From Bryobacterales bacterium (GTDB lineage Bacteria > Acidobacteriota > Terriglobia > Bryobacterales > UBA6623): 64,000 nucleotides of DNA. The position numbers and the translations under genes were made by a program. The stretch covers positions 10,978 through 74,977 of the forward strand of contig JAPPLB010000051.1 in NCBI GenBank assembly GCA_028819575.1. The letters are read 5' to 3'. Below, in pieces: positions 29,354-37,437 of the stretch (the first letter of the stretch is position 1; every line of letters begins with the position of its first letter). The notes beneath the pieces were generated by a model. It saw only the letters and a list, made by a program, of their open reading frames with translations. It searched no databases and had not been told where the DNA came from.

Positions 29354-29381
29354 TTGACAACTCTCGGATTCTGTAGATAAT
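29354..29381 (+). promoter_or_regulatory. Near-consensus sigma70-type promoter candidate inside the ORF-poor island region
   Basis: TTGACA (29354-29359), a 16-nt spacer, then GATAAT (29376-29381). It points rightward toward the terminator at 29863-29899. Confidence 0.4.
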
Positions 29382-29862
29382 GATAATAGTTATCGCCGGT
29401 TTTCTGGCATAAGTCTTGCGTTGAGGGACTGCGGATCAGGGCGTAAGGCAGGCTGTGATACATAGGTGTACGGCGTATGTATCGACTGATGGGTAGTAAA
29501 GGGGTGACACCCGTACACACTTGGATCGAACGGGAGAGAGTGGTCACGCGAAGGTCGGTAACGCGATATAGTAGTCCCGCCCAATGCTCCGAACCGGCAA
29601 CGGGGAATGATACTAAGACTCATTCTACGATCAACCCTGGCGCGCTACGGCGCTACAGGGGAAGTCGATCTTTGAATGATACCCTATAGAAAGGCGAAAA
29701 CCCTGTACTATTGTTATGTCCCAGCTAATTCTTTACAGCGTTGCACCTTGTCAAGGATAACATCAGCGGTGGCCTGTTATATACGCCAGTACCAGTACTC
29801 AGCGTTTACGCTTTTGGAGTACGGTATAATGGAAACATACCCCACTACCAAGCAGTCCCAAG

Positions 29863-29899
29863 CACCCCGGTAATTCGATCTACCGGGGTGTTTTACTTT
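29863..29899 (+). terminator. Rho-independent terminator
   Basis: CACCCCGGTA-ATTCGATC-TACCGGGGTG is a perfect 10-bp stem, followed by TTTTACTTT. Confidence 0.65.
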
Positions 29900-30108
29900 G
29901 CGTGCTACTACCCGTACCGGCGCTTATATACTCGCTACTAGCCTAACGGCGCACTAGGCGGTAGCCGATGCGCCTGTATCTGTGGTAATACAATGCCACC
30001 CTATGAGGTTATATGGCATAATTAGAGCACAAACATAATCTGAAGCCATGGCAAGCGCCCATATATCAACTCGATACGTGGGCGCTTGTCTATTTGAGGT
30101 GCCAAGTC

Positions 30109-30136
30109 TTGACATTTATTGATTATCGTTTACACT
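30109..30136 (+). promoter_or_regulatory. Candidate promoter upstream of the head/packaging operon
   Basis: TTGACA (30109-30114), a 16-nt spacer, then TACACT (30131-30136). It lies between hairpins at 30052-30088 and 30159-30197. Confidence 0.3.
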
Positions 30137-30369
30137 AAGAATATCAGGGAACATAACGCCGGGTAGTGGTCTATTAACTTCTTTCCCCACTACCCGGTAA
30201 CAAGTTTTGGGAATGTAGGTTAGGTCCGCTATACCACGTAATTAGTCTGCGGTCTGGTCCCCGACAGGCTTCCTTCTTCCCATAGAAACCGGCGTATTGT
30301 ACGGCACAATGCGCCGGTCTCGTAATATGGCACCAAGAGAAACAGAACAGCTCCTGGGGACCGATAGGG

Positions 30370-31800
30370 GTGGGTAAATCAACTACGATGCATTTGAAGC
30401 CGTTTCAAAACAGGTTCATCAAGTCCAGTCTGAGACCTGGAATAGATACGGTTGTCTGTTCTCTGCCGCGTGGAAACGGCAAGAGTTTCCTAGCAGCACT
30501 ACTCGCAAAGCGCTCTATTGATCCTTCAGACAGTCTGTTTAGACCCGGTACCGAGTCGCTGCTATTCGCAGCGTCTCTGAACCAAGCACGTAGAACTGTC
30601 TACGCACAGCTACTCAGCATGGTGGACCATTCCAAGTACCGGATAGCCAACAGCGCGAACCATTGCCACATACTGCACACAGACACCAATACCAAACTGT
30701 CCGTTCTACCTTGCAATGCGAAAACCGCTCAGGGTTTGGGAGTCAACAACCCGTGTGTATTCGTAGACGAGCCCGGAGCTATGGAGACGCTAGCGGGTGA
30801 AATGCTGAACGATGCACTGACCACAGCGCAAGGGAAGCCCGGAGCGGATATGCGGGTTTGGTACTTCGGAACGCTCGCACCCAATCCTAGCCAATGGTGG
30901 GTAGACCTGGCGCTAGGCGGTTCCGATCCGAGTACCTACTGTTACACCCTACAAGCGAACCCTAAGCGATGGTCAGACCTGAGAGAGATTCGGCGTGTAA
31001 ACCCGTTGATGTACGCGTTTCCTGAGTCCAGAAAGACTCTCAAGAGCGAGCTAGACAAGGCACTATCAGATAGCCGTCTAGCCGCACGTTTCAAGTCGTA
31101 CCGATTAAACCTACCGACTGCCGAAGAGTCCACAATGCTATTGCAGGTGGAAGACTGGCAGCGCGTCTGCCAGCGCCGTGTCCCGCCGCGTGAGTCGCAA
31201 CCTGTTGTTGGTCTCGATTGCGGACAGGGCCGCGCATGGAGCAGTGCTGTAGCGGTCTATCCCAACGGACGTACAGAGTGTAGAGCTATCGCCCCTGGCG
31301 TTCCTGACATAGCCGTACAGGAGCGGAGAGACCGCGTATCTAGTGGCACGTATCAACGCCTGATTGATGTAGGTGTATTGCGGATCGCACACGGTAGGCG
31401 CGTTCCTTTGGTCTCCGATCTGGTAGAGCTAGCGGCAGATTGGAATCCTGCCGCGTTCATTGCGGATCATTTCAGGCTAAACGAGGTACGAGACGCTGCA
31501 CCCAGTAAACCGATTATCACGCGTCGTACCTTGTGGAGCGAAGCGAGCGAAGATATACGCGGATGCAGGCGGCTATGTCTTGATGGAAATATCAGCGTCT
31601 CAGACGAATCAAAGGGGCTACTACAGCATAGTCTAAGCGTTGCAAAGGTAGAGAACGACGACGCGGGAAACAGTCGATTAGTGAAAAAGAAACGGGATAA
31701 CAGTACCCGTGATGATGTAGCTTGCGCCTTTGTATTGGCAGCAGGTGTCATGAGTAGAGCTAGGGGACCGAAGCCGTTACGTTATGCAGTCGCACGCTAA
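30370..31800 (+). CDS. Phage terminase large subunit
   Basis: LKPFQNRFIKSSL followed by Walker A LPRGNGKSFLAALLA. An acidic Walker B/coupling region VFVDEPGAM is present, and the C-terminal nuclease-like part contains DDVACAF. The start is non-ATG per the track. Confidence 0.85.
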   Translation: MGKSTTMHLKPFQNRFIKSSLRPGIDTVVCSLPRGNGKSFLAALLAKRSIDPSDSLFRPGTESLLFAASLNQARRTVYAQLLSMVDHSKYRIANSANHCHILHTDTNTKLSVLPCNAKTAQGLGVNNPCVFVDEPGAMETLAGEMLNDALTTAQGKPGADMRVWYFGTLAPNPSQWWVDLALGGSDPSTYCYTLQANPKRWSDLREIRRVNPLMYAFPESRKTLKSELDKALSDSRLAARFKSYRLNLPTAEESTMLLQVEDWQRVCQRRVPPRESQPVVGLDCGQGRAWSSAVAVYPNGRTECRAIAPGVPDIAVQERRDRVSSGTYQRLIDVGVLRIAHGRRVPLVSDLVELAADWNPAAFIADHFRLNEVRDAAPSKPIITRRTLWSEASEDIRGCRRLCLDGNISVSDESKGLLQHSLSVAKVENDDAGNSRLVKKKRDNSTRDDVACAFVLAAGVMSRARGPKPLRYAVAR

Positions 31801-32065
31801 ATTGAGTTCTAGACCGTGGGCAAGACTACGCCGAAGAGTATTACAGAAAGACGGGTATAGGTGTTCGGTTTGTGGTGGAGTTAGACAGCTAGAGGTACAT
31901 CATATAATCCCGCGCCATATTGCGCCGGATAAAAAGTATCAAATTGAAAACTTACAGGTAATTTGTAGGTCCGACCATGAAGACATGCACACCAAACAAA
32001 AGATCGCGCCGGACGCATACGCTTGGCGCTTATATATGAAAGATGGAGTGAAAACTAATGAGTAA
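31784..32065 (+). CDS. HNH endonuclease
   Basis: CSVCGGVRQLEVHHIIPRHI...NLQVICRSDHEDMH carries the HNH/zinc-finger motif. It overlaps the TerL 3' end by 17 nt. Confidence 0.8.
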   Translation: MQSHAKLSSRPWARLRRRVLQKDGYRCSVCGGVRQLEVHHIIPRHIAPDKKYQIENLQVICRSDHEDMHTKQKIAPDAYAWRLYMKDGVKTNE

Positions 32066-33308
32066 TAAAACTAAGCTGGAAGTCCGGCAGCGGGAAATTA
32101 GAGCCAAGTTAGCCGAACTAAGCAACATCGAAAGTCTAACAGACGAACAACGCACAGAAATGCAGACTCTAACAAAGGAGTCTATTGATAACGACGCAAA
32201 GCTAAATGCTCTTGCCGTCACCGAACAGGAACCACAGGAAACCACTACCGATGCTGAGTCTAACGAGATCAGGGAGCTACGAAAAAAGTCTAGAGTATCT
32301 AACTACGTCGTTGCCGCTAGCGAAATGCGGAGCGTTGACGGTGCGGAACGTGAGTTCAACGCGGCTCTAGGTCTTCAACCGGGAGCATTCCCTATGGAGT
32401 TGCTAGCACCGTCTGAAGACGAAATGCGAACGACTACCGATACGGATACCACGTCTAATCAGCGCCGCTGGATTGATCGTCTGTTTAGCGCGTCTATGGC
32501 GCGTCGTATGGGCGTTTCGTTCGAAAGCGTCCCTGTTGGTCAGGCCAGCTACCCAGTTACGACTGCGGGTGCTACAGGTGCGCAACGCGGGCGAGACGAA
32601 GCGGCTACCGCTGCGGCGTGGAGTGTTGGCGTTACGGAGCTAAAGCCTACCCGGAACACGGTACACCTATCATTCACTATCGAGGATGCTGCGCGTCTTC
32701 CTGGACTAGAGCAGTCACTTCAGCGCGATATGCGGTCCGCTCTAATGGACTCGATTGATACTTCGCTTTTCATTGGTGACAACGGCGCTAATGAGAATGG
32801 CGCGGATATCACAGGGTTTAAGACTGCAAGTATCACAGAGACCACTTTGACTCAAGCTAACAAAGTCAAGGCGGATAAGATCGTGGAAGCGTACGCGGCG
32901 TTCATTGATGGTAAACACTGCGAAGGGTTTAACGAAATGAACATCGTTGCTAGCGTGGGTTCGAACGCTCTATGGCTGTCTACGGTTCATAACAGCGCGG
33001 TTGATAACCAGACTATTGCTCAGTATATGCAAGCTAGCGGTATGTCCTGGATGACACGCGGCGGCATTGATAGTGCGACTGGAAATGGCAAATTCGGCGC
33101 TTATGTTGGTCTCGCTAGGGGAATACAAGGCGCTGCGGTTGCGGCGGTTTGGAGCAATGGTACTTTGATCCGCGACCCCTATACCGACGCTAACAAGGGC
33201 GCTGTTAAGGTTACACTAAACTATTTGTGGGACTTCGGCATTCCGCGTACTAGCAACTTTAAGCGTATTAAATACGTTAGCAAACCATGCCGGGAAACAA
33301 TCTATTAG
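32058..33308 (+). CDS. Phage major capsid protein, HK97-like with N-terminal coiled-coil (delta-like) region
   Basis: 416 aa. The N-terminus KTKLEVRQREIRAKLAELSNIESLTDEQRTEMQTLTKE is typical of HK97-family capsid proteins. A Gly/Ala-rich beta-rich body follows. Confidence 0.75.
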   Translation: MSNKTKLEVRQREIRAKLAELSNIESLTDEQRTEMQTLTKESIDNDAKLNALAVTEQEPQETTTDAESNEIRELRKKSRVSNYVVAASEMRSVDGAEREFNAALGLQPGAFPMELLAPSEDEMRTTTDTDTTSNQRRWIDRLFSASMARRMGVSFESVPVGQASYPVTTAGATGAQRGRDEAATAAAWSVGVTELKPTRNTVHLSFTIEDAARLPGLEQSLQRDMRSALMDSIDTSLFIGDNGANENGADITGFKTASITETTLTQANKVKADKIVEAYAAFIDGKHCEGFNEMNIVASVGSNALWLSTVHNSAVDNQTIAQYMQASGMSWMTRGGIDSATGNGKFGAYVGLARGIQGAAVAAVWSNGTLIRDPYTDANKGAVKVTLNYLWDFGIPRTSNFKRIKYVSKPCRETIY

Positions 33309-33754
33309 TTTCTGGACCCGCAGGCGGCGGCAAGTCGCAAGCTGTCCTGGAGCTATTAAACGAGTCCGACGAAGTAACAGCGGTGGCCGACTTCCAAAGT
33401 CTGTACGCCGCTGTTGCTCAGGTTTCACGCGATCCAGAAACCGGGAAGTACCCTCTGAGGGACGACCGGCTACTACCGCTAATCGAGTTTACCCGGCGCG
33501 GAATTATCCAATCGGCAAGACGGCGCGGCATTCGGGTAATTGCGACCAACTCTGATGGCAGCCCAGAACGGCGCGGCTACCTGTTGGAACTGTTAGGGCC
33601 GGACGCAGCAGAACGGATCGTTGATCCTGGTGAAGCGGTAGCAATCGCTCGCCTAGCGTCCGAAGACGGTACGTTAGAGCCTGCCTGTAGACAAGCACTC
33701 AACAGGTGGTACACGCGACATTACCGGGACAATCCACGGAGACCACGGAGATAG
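33287..33754 (+). CDS. Small P-loop NTPase embedded in the head module
   Basis: 155 aa with Walker A LLVSGPAGGGKSQAVLEL and a basic C-terminal tail (RHYRDNPRRPRR). It overlaps the capsid gene 3' end by 22 nt. Confidence 0.6.
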   Translation: MPGNNLLVSGPAGGGKSQAVLELLNESDEVTAVADFQSLYAAVAQVSRDPETGKYPLRDDRLLPLIEFTRRGIIQSARRRGIRVIATNSDGSPERRGYLLELLGPDAAERIVDPGEAVAIARLASEDGTLEPACRQALNRWYTRHYRDNPRRPRR

Positions 33755-33758
33755 AGCA

Positions 33759-34241
33759 ATGGACGAAATTAGATGTAGTGTGGACTTTCTCCCTGACGAA
33801 ACTCGACAAGGGCCGGGACGTATCGTCGGAACCATTCTCCGTTTCGGCGAACAGATCGTACACACCAAAGGACCGGAACAGTTCGAAGCGCGGTCTCTGG
33901 CGTTCTCTGATGATGGTGTTGTGCTGTACGACTCGCACGACGTAGAGCCGCGCAAACCCGTACATATCTTTACTCCGATACAAACTGATACCGAAGCACG
34001 GATAGATGCACTACTCCCTGATACCCCAGCGGGTAGGCGGCTAGCCGAACGCTTCAGGAACGGTATATACAAGGGTTTGAGTATCGAGTTTAGGGCCGTC
34101 TCCGAACGCTATGTAGACGGCGTTAGACGCGTCTCTAAGGCGTTTCTAGGCGGCGTTGCAGCGGTAGAGTCCCCTGCATACCAAACGCCAGTTGAAATAC
34201 GCTCTAAGCGCTCTAGCAGGGAGATTTACTCATGGCTGTAG
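33759..34241 (+). CDS. Prohead serine protease, HK97 (S78/U35) family
   Basis: The His region is YDSHDV and the Ser region is YKGLSIEFRA. The C-terminal pattern LGGVAAVESPAY is typical of the family. Confidence 0.7.
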   Translation: MDEIRCSVDFLPDETRQGPGRIVGTILRFGEQIVHTKGPEQFEARSLAFSDDGVVLYDSHDVEPRKPVHIFTPIQTDTEARIDALLPDTPAGRRLAERFRNGIYKGLSIEFRAVSERYVDGVRRVSKAFLGGVAAVESPAYQTPVEIRSKRSSREIYSWL

Positions 34242-34519
34242 ACCTGACTGCCGAACAACTCAGGTCCGCTTTAAGGCTAGGTGACAGTGCTACCGAAACC
34301 GCTGAAGCGGAACGGTTGTTAACTTATGCAAAGGCTGTGATCCCTGCACGCGCTCCGGGAGCTTCAACAGTTGTACATACTGAAGCAGCAATCCGACTGT
34401 GCGCCTACCTGTACGACAAACCCTTTGCCAGTCGTGGCACGAGCTACGCTAACGCGCTACGCAACTCGGGCGCTGGGGACATCCTGTTGCCGTGGTACGA
34501 ACCAAAGGTGTCTAAGTAA
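34232..34519 (+). CDS. gp6-like head-tail connector (adaptor) protein
   Basis: 95 aa. Assignment rests on position and on the TAEQLRSALRLGDSATETAEAERLLTYAKAVI pattern of Phage_connect_1-type proteins. Confidence 0.5.
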   Translation: MAVDLTAEQLRSALRLGDSATETAEAERLLTYAKAVIPARAPGASTVVHTEAAIRLCAYLYDKPFASRGTSYANALRNSGAGDILLPWYEPKVSK

Positions 34520-34848
34520 TGCCCAAAGACTCAATCGTATTAGACCGCAGGGTAACGCTTATTCAGCCTACCGTTAGTGAGGTTAGGGACTCCTTGAATA
34601 ATCCTAAACCTGCCGATCCTATAGAGCATGAAGTATGGGCGAACCGAGAAGACACAGGCGGCAAAGAAACCGTTACTACTCGGCTAATGGTCTCTCAAAC
34701 AAACACGGTTTTTACGATCCGATACAGACAGGATATTGATAATACATGGAGCATAGTGGACCGTGGCGTTACGTTCGGTATCGAGTTCATATTAGAGGTA
34801 GGGCGGCGTCTTTACTTGGAAATACATACGAAGTCAAACAAGAATTAA
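34519..34848 (+). CDS. Head-closure / head-tail joining protein
   Basis: 109 aa. The pattern RVTLIQP...VWANRED...FTIRYRQDI...TFGIEFILEVGRRLYLEI matches the Phage_H_T_join pattern. Confidence 0.6.
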   Translation: MPKDSIVLDRRVTLIQPTVSEVRDSLNNPKPADPIEHEVWANREDTGGKETVTTRLMVSQTNTVFTIRYRQDIDNTWSIVDRGVTFGIEFILEVGRRLYLEIHTKSNKN

Positions 34849-35880
34849 ATGGTAAAAGAAATACTATCCCGGTTTGGGTACGAACGACGCGATTATTCCG
34901 ACGCCATAACCGCAGCATTGATGGCGCAAGCTAGCGGTGTAAACGTCTCTAGTGCTGCTACAAGCGCTCTCGAATCTGCCGCAGGTATCGTTGGCAGGGC
35001 ATTTGCATCCGCGAAGGTAAACGGTAAGAGACAAAATATTTTAACCCCGTTTGTTTTAATGGGTATCGGCAGATCGTTAATCAAGCGTGGGGAGTCCCTG
35101 TATCTGATTGAACCCGCTAGAGACAGCATTCAGCTAATCCCTGTTGGTGCGTACAGCATTGTTTCAGGGACATACGATCCTGCTAGCTGGCAGTACGAAG
35201 TTACGCTAGACGGCCCTAGTAAATCAATCGTTCGTAAAGTCTCCGCTGATGATCTAATCCACATTCGAATCAATACAGACCCTTCTAAACCGTGGGCCGG
35301 ATGCTCACCGGCAGACAGCGCACACCTAGTAAGCGCACTCGCTGCTAACGTCTCTCAGGCTCTCACAGACGAAGCTAGCGGGCCGCGCGGATCGTTTGTG
35401 CCGCTCCCTGGTGGAGACACTAGCGGACTCGCTACGGAGGCCAAGAACGCGCGCGGCGGGATGCTGTTGGTAGAGACCACACAAGGCGGCTACCAGTCTG
35501 GTGCCGACATTCCCAAAAGCGACTACGAGCAGCGGCGCTTTGGTGCAAACCCGCCTGAGTCGTTGGTTCGGTTGCTAGAGACTTCGCACAACCTGATGTT
35601 GGGAGCAATCGGCATAAGCGGCGCGCTGTTCTCCGCGAAGGATGCAGCTAGCGCCGTCAGCGCGTACAGGATGTTTGCTCATGCAGTCATCGGGCCGTTG
35701 GGCCAGATCGCCCAAGCGGAGCTAGCGCACAAACTCGATGATCCAGACCTGTCCCTAGACTTCAGCGACCTTCGTGCGGCAGACGTGGCGCAAAGGGCCG
35801 CAGCGTTCAAACGGCTAGTGGAAGGTGGAACCGACACGGAGAAATCGCTAGCGCTTAGCGGACTGCTCGCCAGTGAGTAG
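34849..35880 (+). CDS. Portal protein (small HK97-family type)
   Basis: 343 aa. LESAAGIVGRAFASAKV, GESLYLIEP...LIPV, WQYEV and IHIR...PWAGCSP follow the Phage_portal pattern. It is shorter than typical portals. Confidence 0.6.
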   Translation: MVKEILSRFGYERRDYSDAITAALMAQASGVNVSSAATSALESAAGIVGRAFASAKVNGKRQNILTPFVLMGIGRSLIKRGESLYLIEPARDSIQLIPVGAYSIVSGTYDPASWQYEVTLDGPSKSIVRKVSADDLIHIRINTDPSKPWAGCSPADSAHLVSALAANVSQALTDEASGPRGSFVPLPGGDTSGLATEAKNARGGMLLVETTQGGYQSGADIPKSDYEQRRFGANPPESLVRLLETSHNLMLGAIGISGALFSAKDAASAVSAYRMFAHAVIGPLGQIAQAELAHKLDDPDLSLDFSDLRAADVAQRAAAFKRLVEGGTDTEKSLALSGLLASE

Positions 35881-35893
35881 CCGTCTGACTATT

Positions 35894-36079
35894 TTATTCA
35901 GCCGGTCGCCACTCCACGGTCCTCTTGGGCCGAAACTGCTTCTCCAGCATTACATCGGCTATCTCGTAGGCGAGCTTTGCGACTCTAACGGGGTTAACCC
36001 CATCAGGGTGTTCTACCTTCAAGTCCATTGCGCTTAGCGCCTGACCAGCAAACCAGTCTCGTACACTTATTTTGTCCAT
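35894..36079 (-). CDS. Small island cargo hypothetical protein
   Basis: 61 aa with ATG start and an upstream AGGGGA. The WFAGQAL motif is common in small phage proteins. Confidence 0.45.
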   Translation of the reverse strand: MDKISVRDWFAGQALSAMDLKVEHPDGVNPVRVAKLAYEIADVMLEKQFRPKRTVEWRPAE

Positions 36080-36176
36080 CAGTTTCCCCTATCTCACTCA
36101 TCCCAACAGGTCTTCTACGGCTCATTCTCCATCTTGAGCACCAACGAACCTTTGATGAGTTTCAGAATGTATTATT

Positions 36177-36563
36177 TTACGGTCCTGAGGTAGAGTCACC
36201 GCAATCTCGCATGGCTCGGCATATGTCGCGAAGGGATTCTTTCACCCAGAATCGTACCCAAGCTATCGTCTCGCCGTCTCGAATTGTTACCTGTCGTATT
36301 TCAGCAGCCACGCCTTTCTCGGGACCGCTGTGATGCTGAATACTGAAAACATCACCTTCACAGCGATCCACTAGCTCAAGTCTCTCATTATCAGAGTATT
36401 GTGGTTTATCGCCTTTCGAAATGTTTTTTATCCACATCGCGGATTGTACAACCGTCACTAGCAGCCATCGTGGTGAAGCATCGCAGGGCTTTTTCTGTTG
36501 TGCAATGGAGAACGTTGGGGCGAGTAGCGACAAGTAGAGGGTCAATATCATGAATGGTCGCAT
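36177..36563 (-). CDS. Secreted island cargo hypothetical protein
   Basis: 128 aa with a perfect SD GGAGGA and signal peptide MRPFMILTLYLSLLAPTFSIAQQ. Confidence 0.6.
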   Translation of the reverse strand: MRPFMILTLYLSLLAPTFSIAQQKKPCDASPRWLLVTVVQSAMWIKNISKGDKPQYSDNERLELVDRCEGDVFSIQHHSGPEKGVAAEIRQVTIRDGETIAWVRFWVKESLRDICRAMRDCGDSTSGP

Positions 36564-36771
36564 GGCATTCCTCCGGGATGCGACAGATTGGAGTTGGGCT
36601 GTTTCACCCTACCATAGGTGTCAGAGCGGCCTTGAACGAGCTCATAGTCGCAGGCGCGATAGCGGTACCGGGAACGGCGCAACGTGGAACGACGGCTGGC
36701 CGGATTCGGAGTCGCCGAAGCGGCGTAGATCAGTGCCCGGGAGGCAGTCTTTGAAAATTGAAAGTCGGGTG

Positions 36772-37233
36772 TTATTTCATTTCTCCGCGATGTTCGACCA
36801 AAAGTCGTGCTGCATTCGTTTGCATCCATTGATGCAGCAATTCACTGTTGTACTGACCCACACCTAGCTTTGCCCCGGTAGTCTTGTCGAAGCGACGTAT
36901 AAAATCATTCCGTATACTTATCCGCACATTAGCTTGCTTGTCATGAGTCGCAGGGTGGATGTAGCCCTCCACAATTGCGTTCGCTTTGACGAAATCAACC
37001 GCCACTGGAGGGGGTCGTCTCCGTCCAATCCACCCCTTCAGGTCCGGCCATATTGTAGTTACCAGTAGAAACGATCCAAGCAAAAAAAGTACTACGTGAA
37101 TCCAGAGCGGATATGATGTCACCGCCATCCACCGTTTCCAGGTTTCGAAATTCTCGAGAATCTGTGGCAAGCTGATGAGTTGCAGCAAAATAGATGTACA
37201 AATTGCGAAAACCCGTCTCATTGACTGCACCAT
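36772..37233 (-). CDS. Membrane-anchored island cargo hypothetical protein
   Basis: Two N-terminal TM segments (VFAICTSILLQLISL and LWIHVVLFLLGSFLLVTTIW) and a soluble C-terminal domain. ATG lies at 37233; the track lists GTG at 37236. Confidence 0.55.
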   Translation of the reverse strand: MVQSMRRVFAICTSILLQLISLPQILENFETWKRWMAVTSYPLWIHVVLFLLGSFLLVTTIWPDLKGWIGRRRPPPVAVDFVKANAIVEGYIHPATHDKQANVRISIRNDFIRRFDKTTGAKLGVGQYNSELLHQWMQTNAARLLVEHRGEMK

Positions 37234-37396
37234 CACATCATCGCAGGTAAAACGTCAAAACGTAAAGAAACCGTCAAAATACTGCCGATAAAGTAGGGCA
37301 ATAGGGAGAAATGCGAGCGAAAGCAGACGCCCTAAAACCGCGTTAGTTGTTGTAAAACAAGGGTTTGGGTGTGAAGCATGTAAAGACACTCGGTTT

Positions 37397-37437
37397 TTGT
37401 AAGGCAGGCGCTCTAACCAACTGAGCTAACCGCCCTG
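37397..37437. repeat. attR core: tRNA-Val 5'-half fragment (41-bp direct repeat)
   Basis: Identical to 27325-27365. Only the 5' 39 nt of the tRNA are present, so this is not a functional tRNA. Confidence 0.9.

Larger units (their letters stand above)
27325..37437. mobile_element. Integrated phage-like island (head and packaging genes only) at tRNA-Val
   Basis: It is bounded by the perfect 41-bp repeat and has integrase and excisionase at one end. Its composition is visibly more A+T-rich than the flanks. It carries HK97-type head-morphogenesis genes but no tail, lysis or replication ORFs. Confidence 0.85.

Noticed and set aside
29215-29547. 110-aa minus-strand ORF ending 2 nt before the 29212 start codon
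   Set aside because: The operon-like spacing is suggestive. However, the sequence is Cys/Pro/Arg-rich with no domain pattern, it overlaps a near-consensus plus-strand promoter, and it overlaps other ORFs. It is left uncalled.
29676-29873. 65-aa plus-strand ORF ending inside the island terminator stem
   Set aside because: There is no convincing SD, the composition is atypical, and it overlaps two other similar-sized ORFs. The promoter-terminator unit is more cautiously treated as a possible non-coding transcript.
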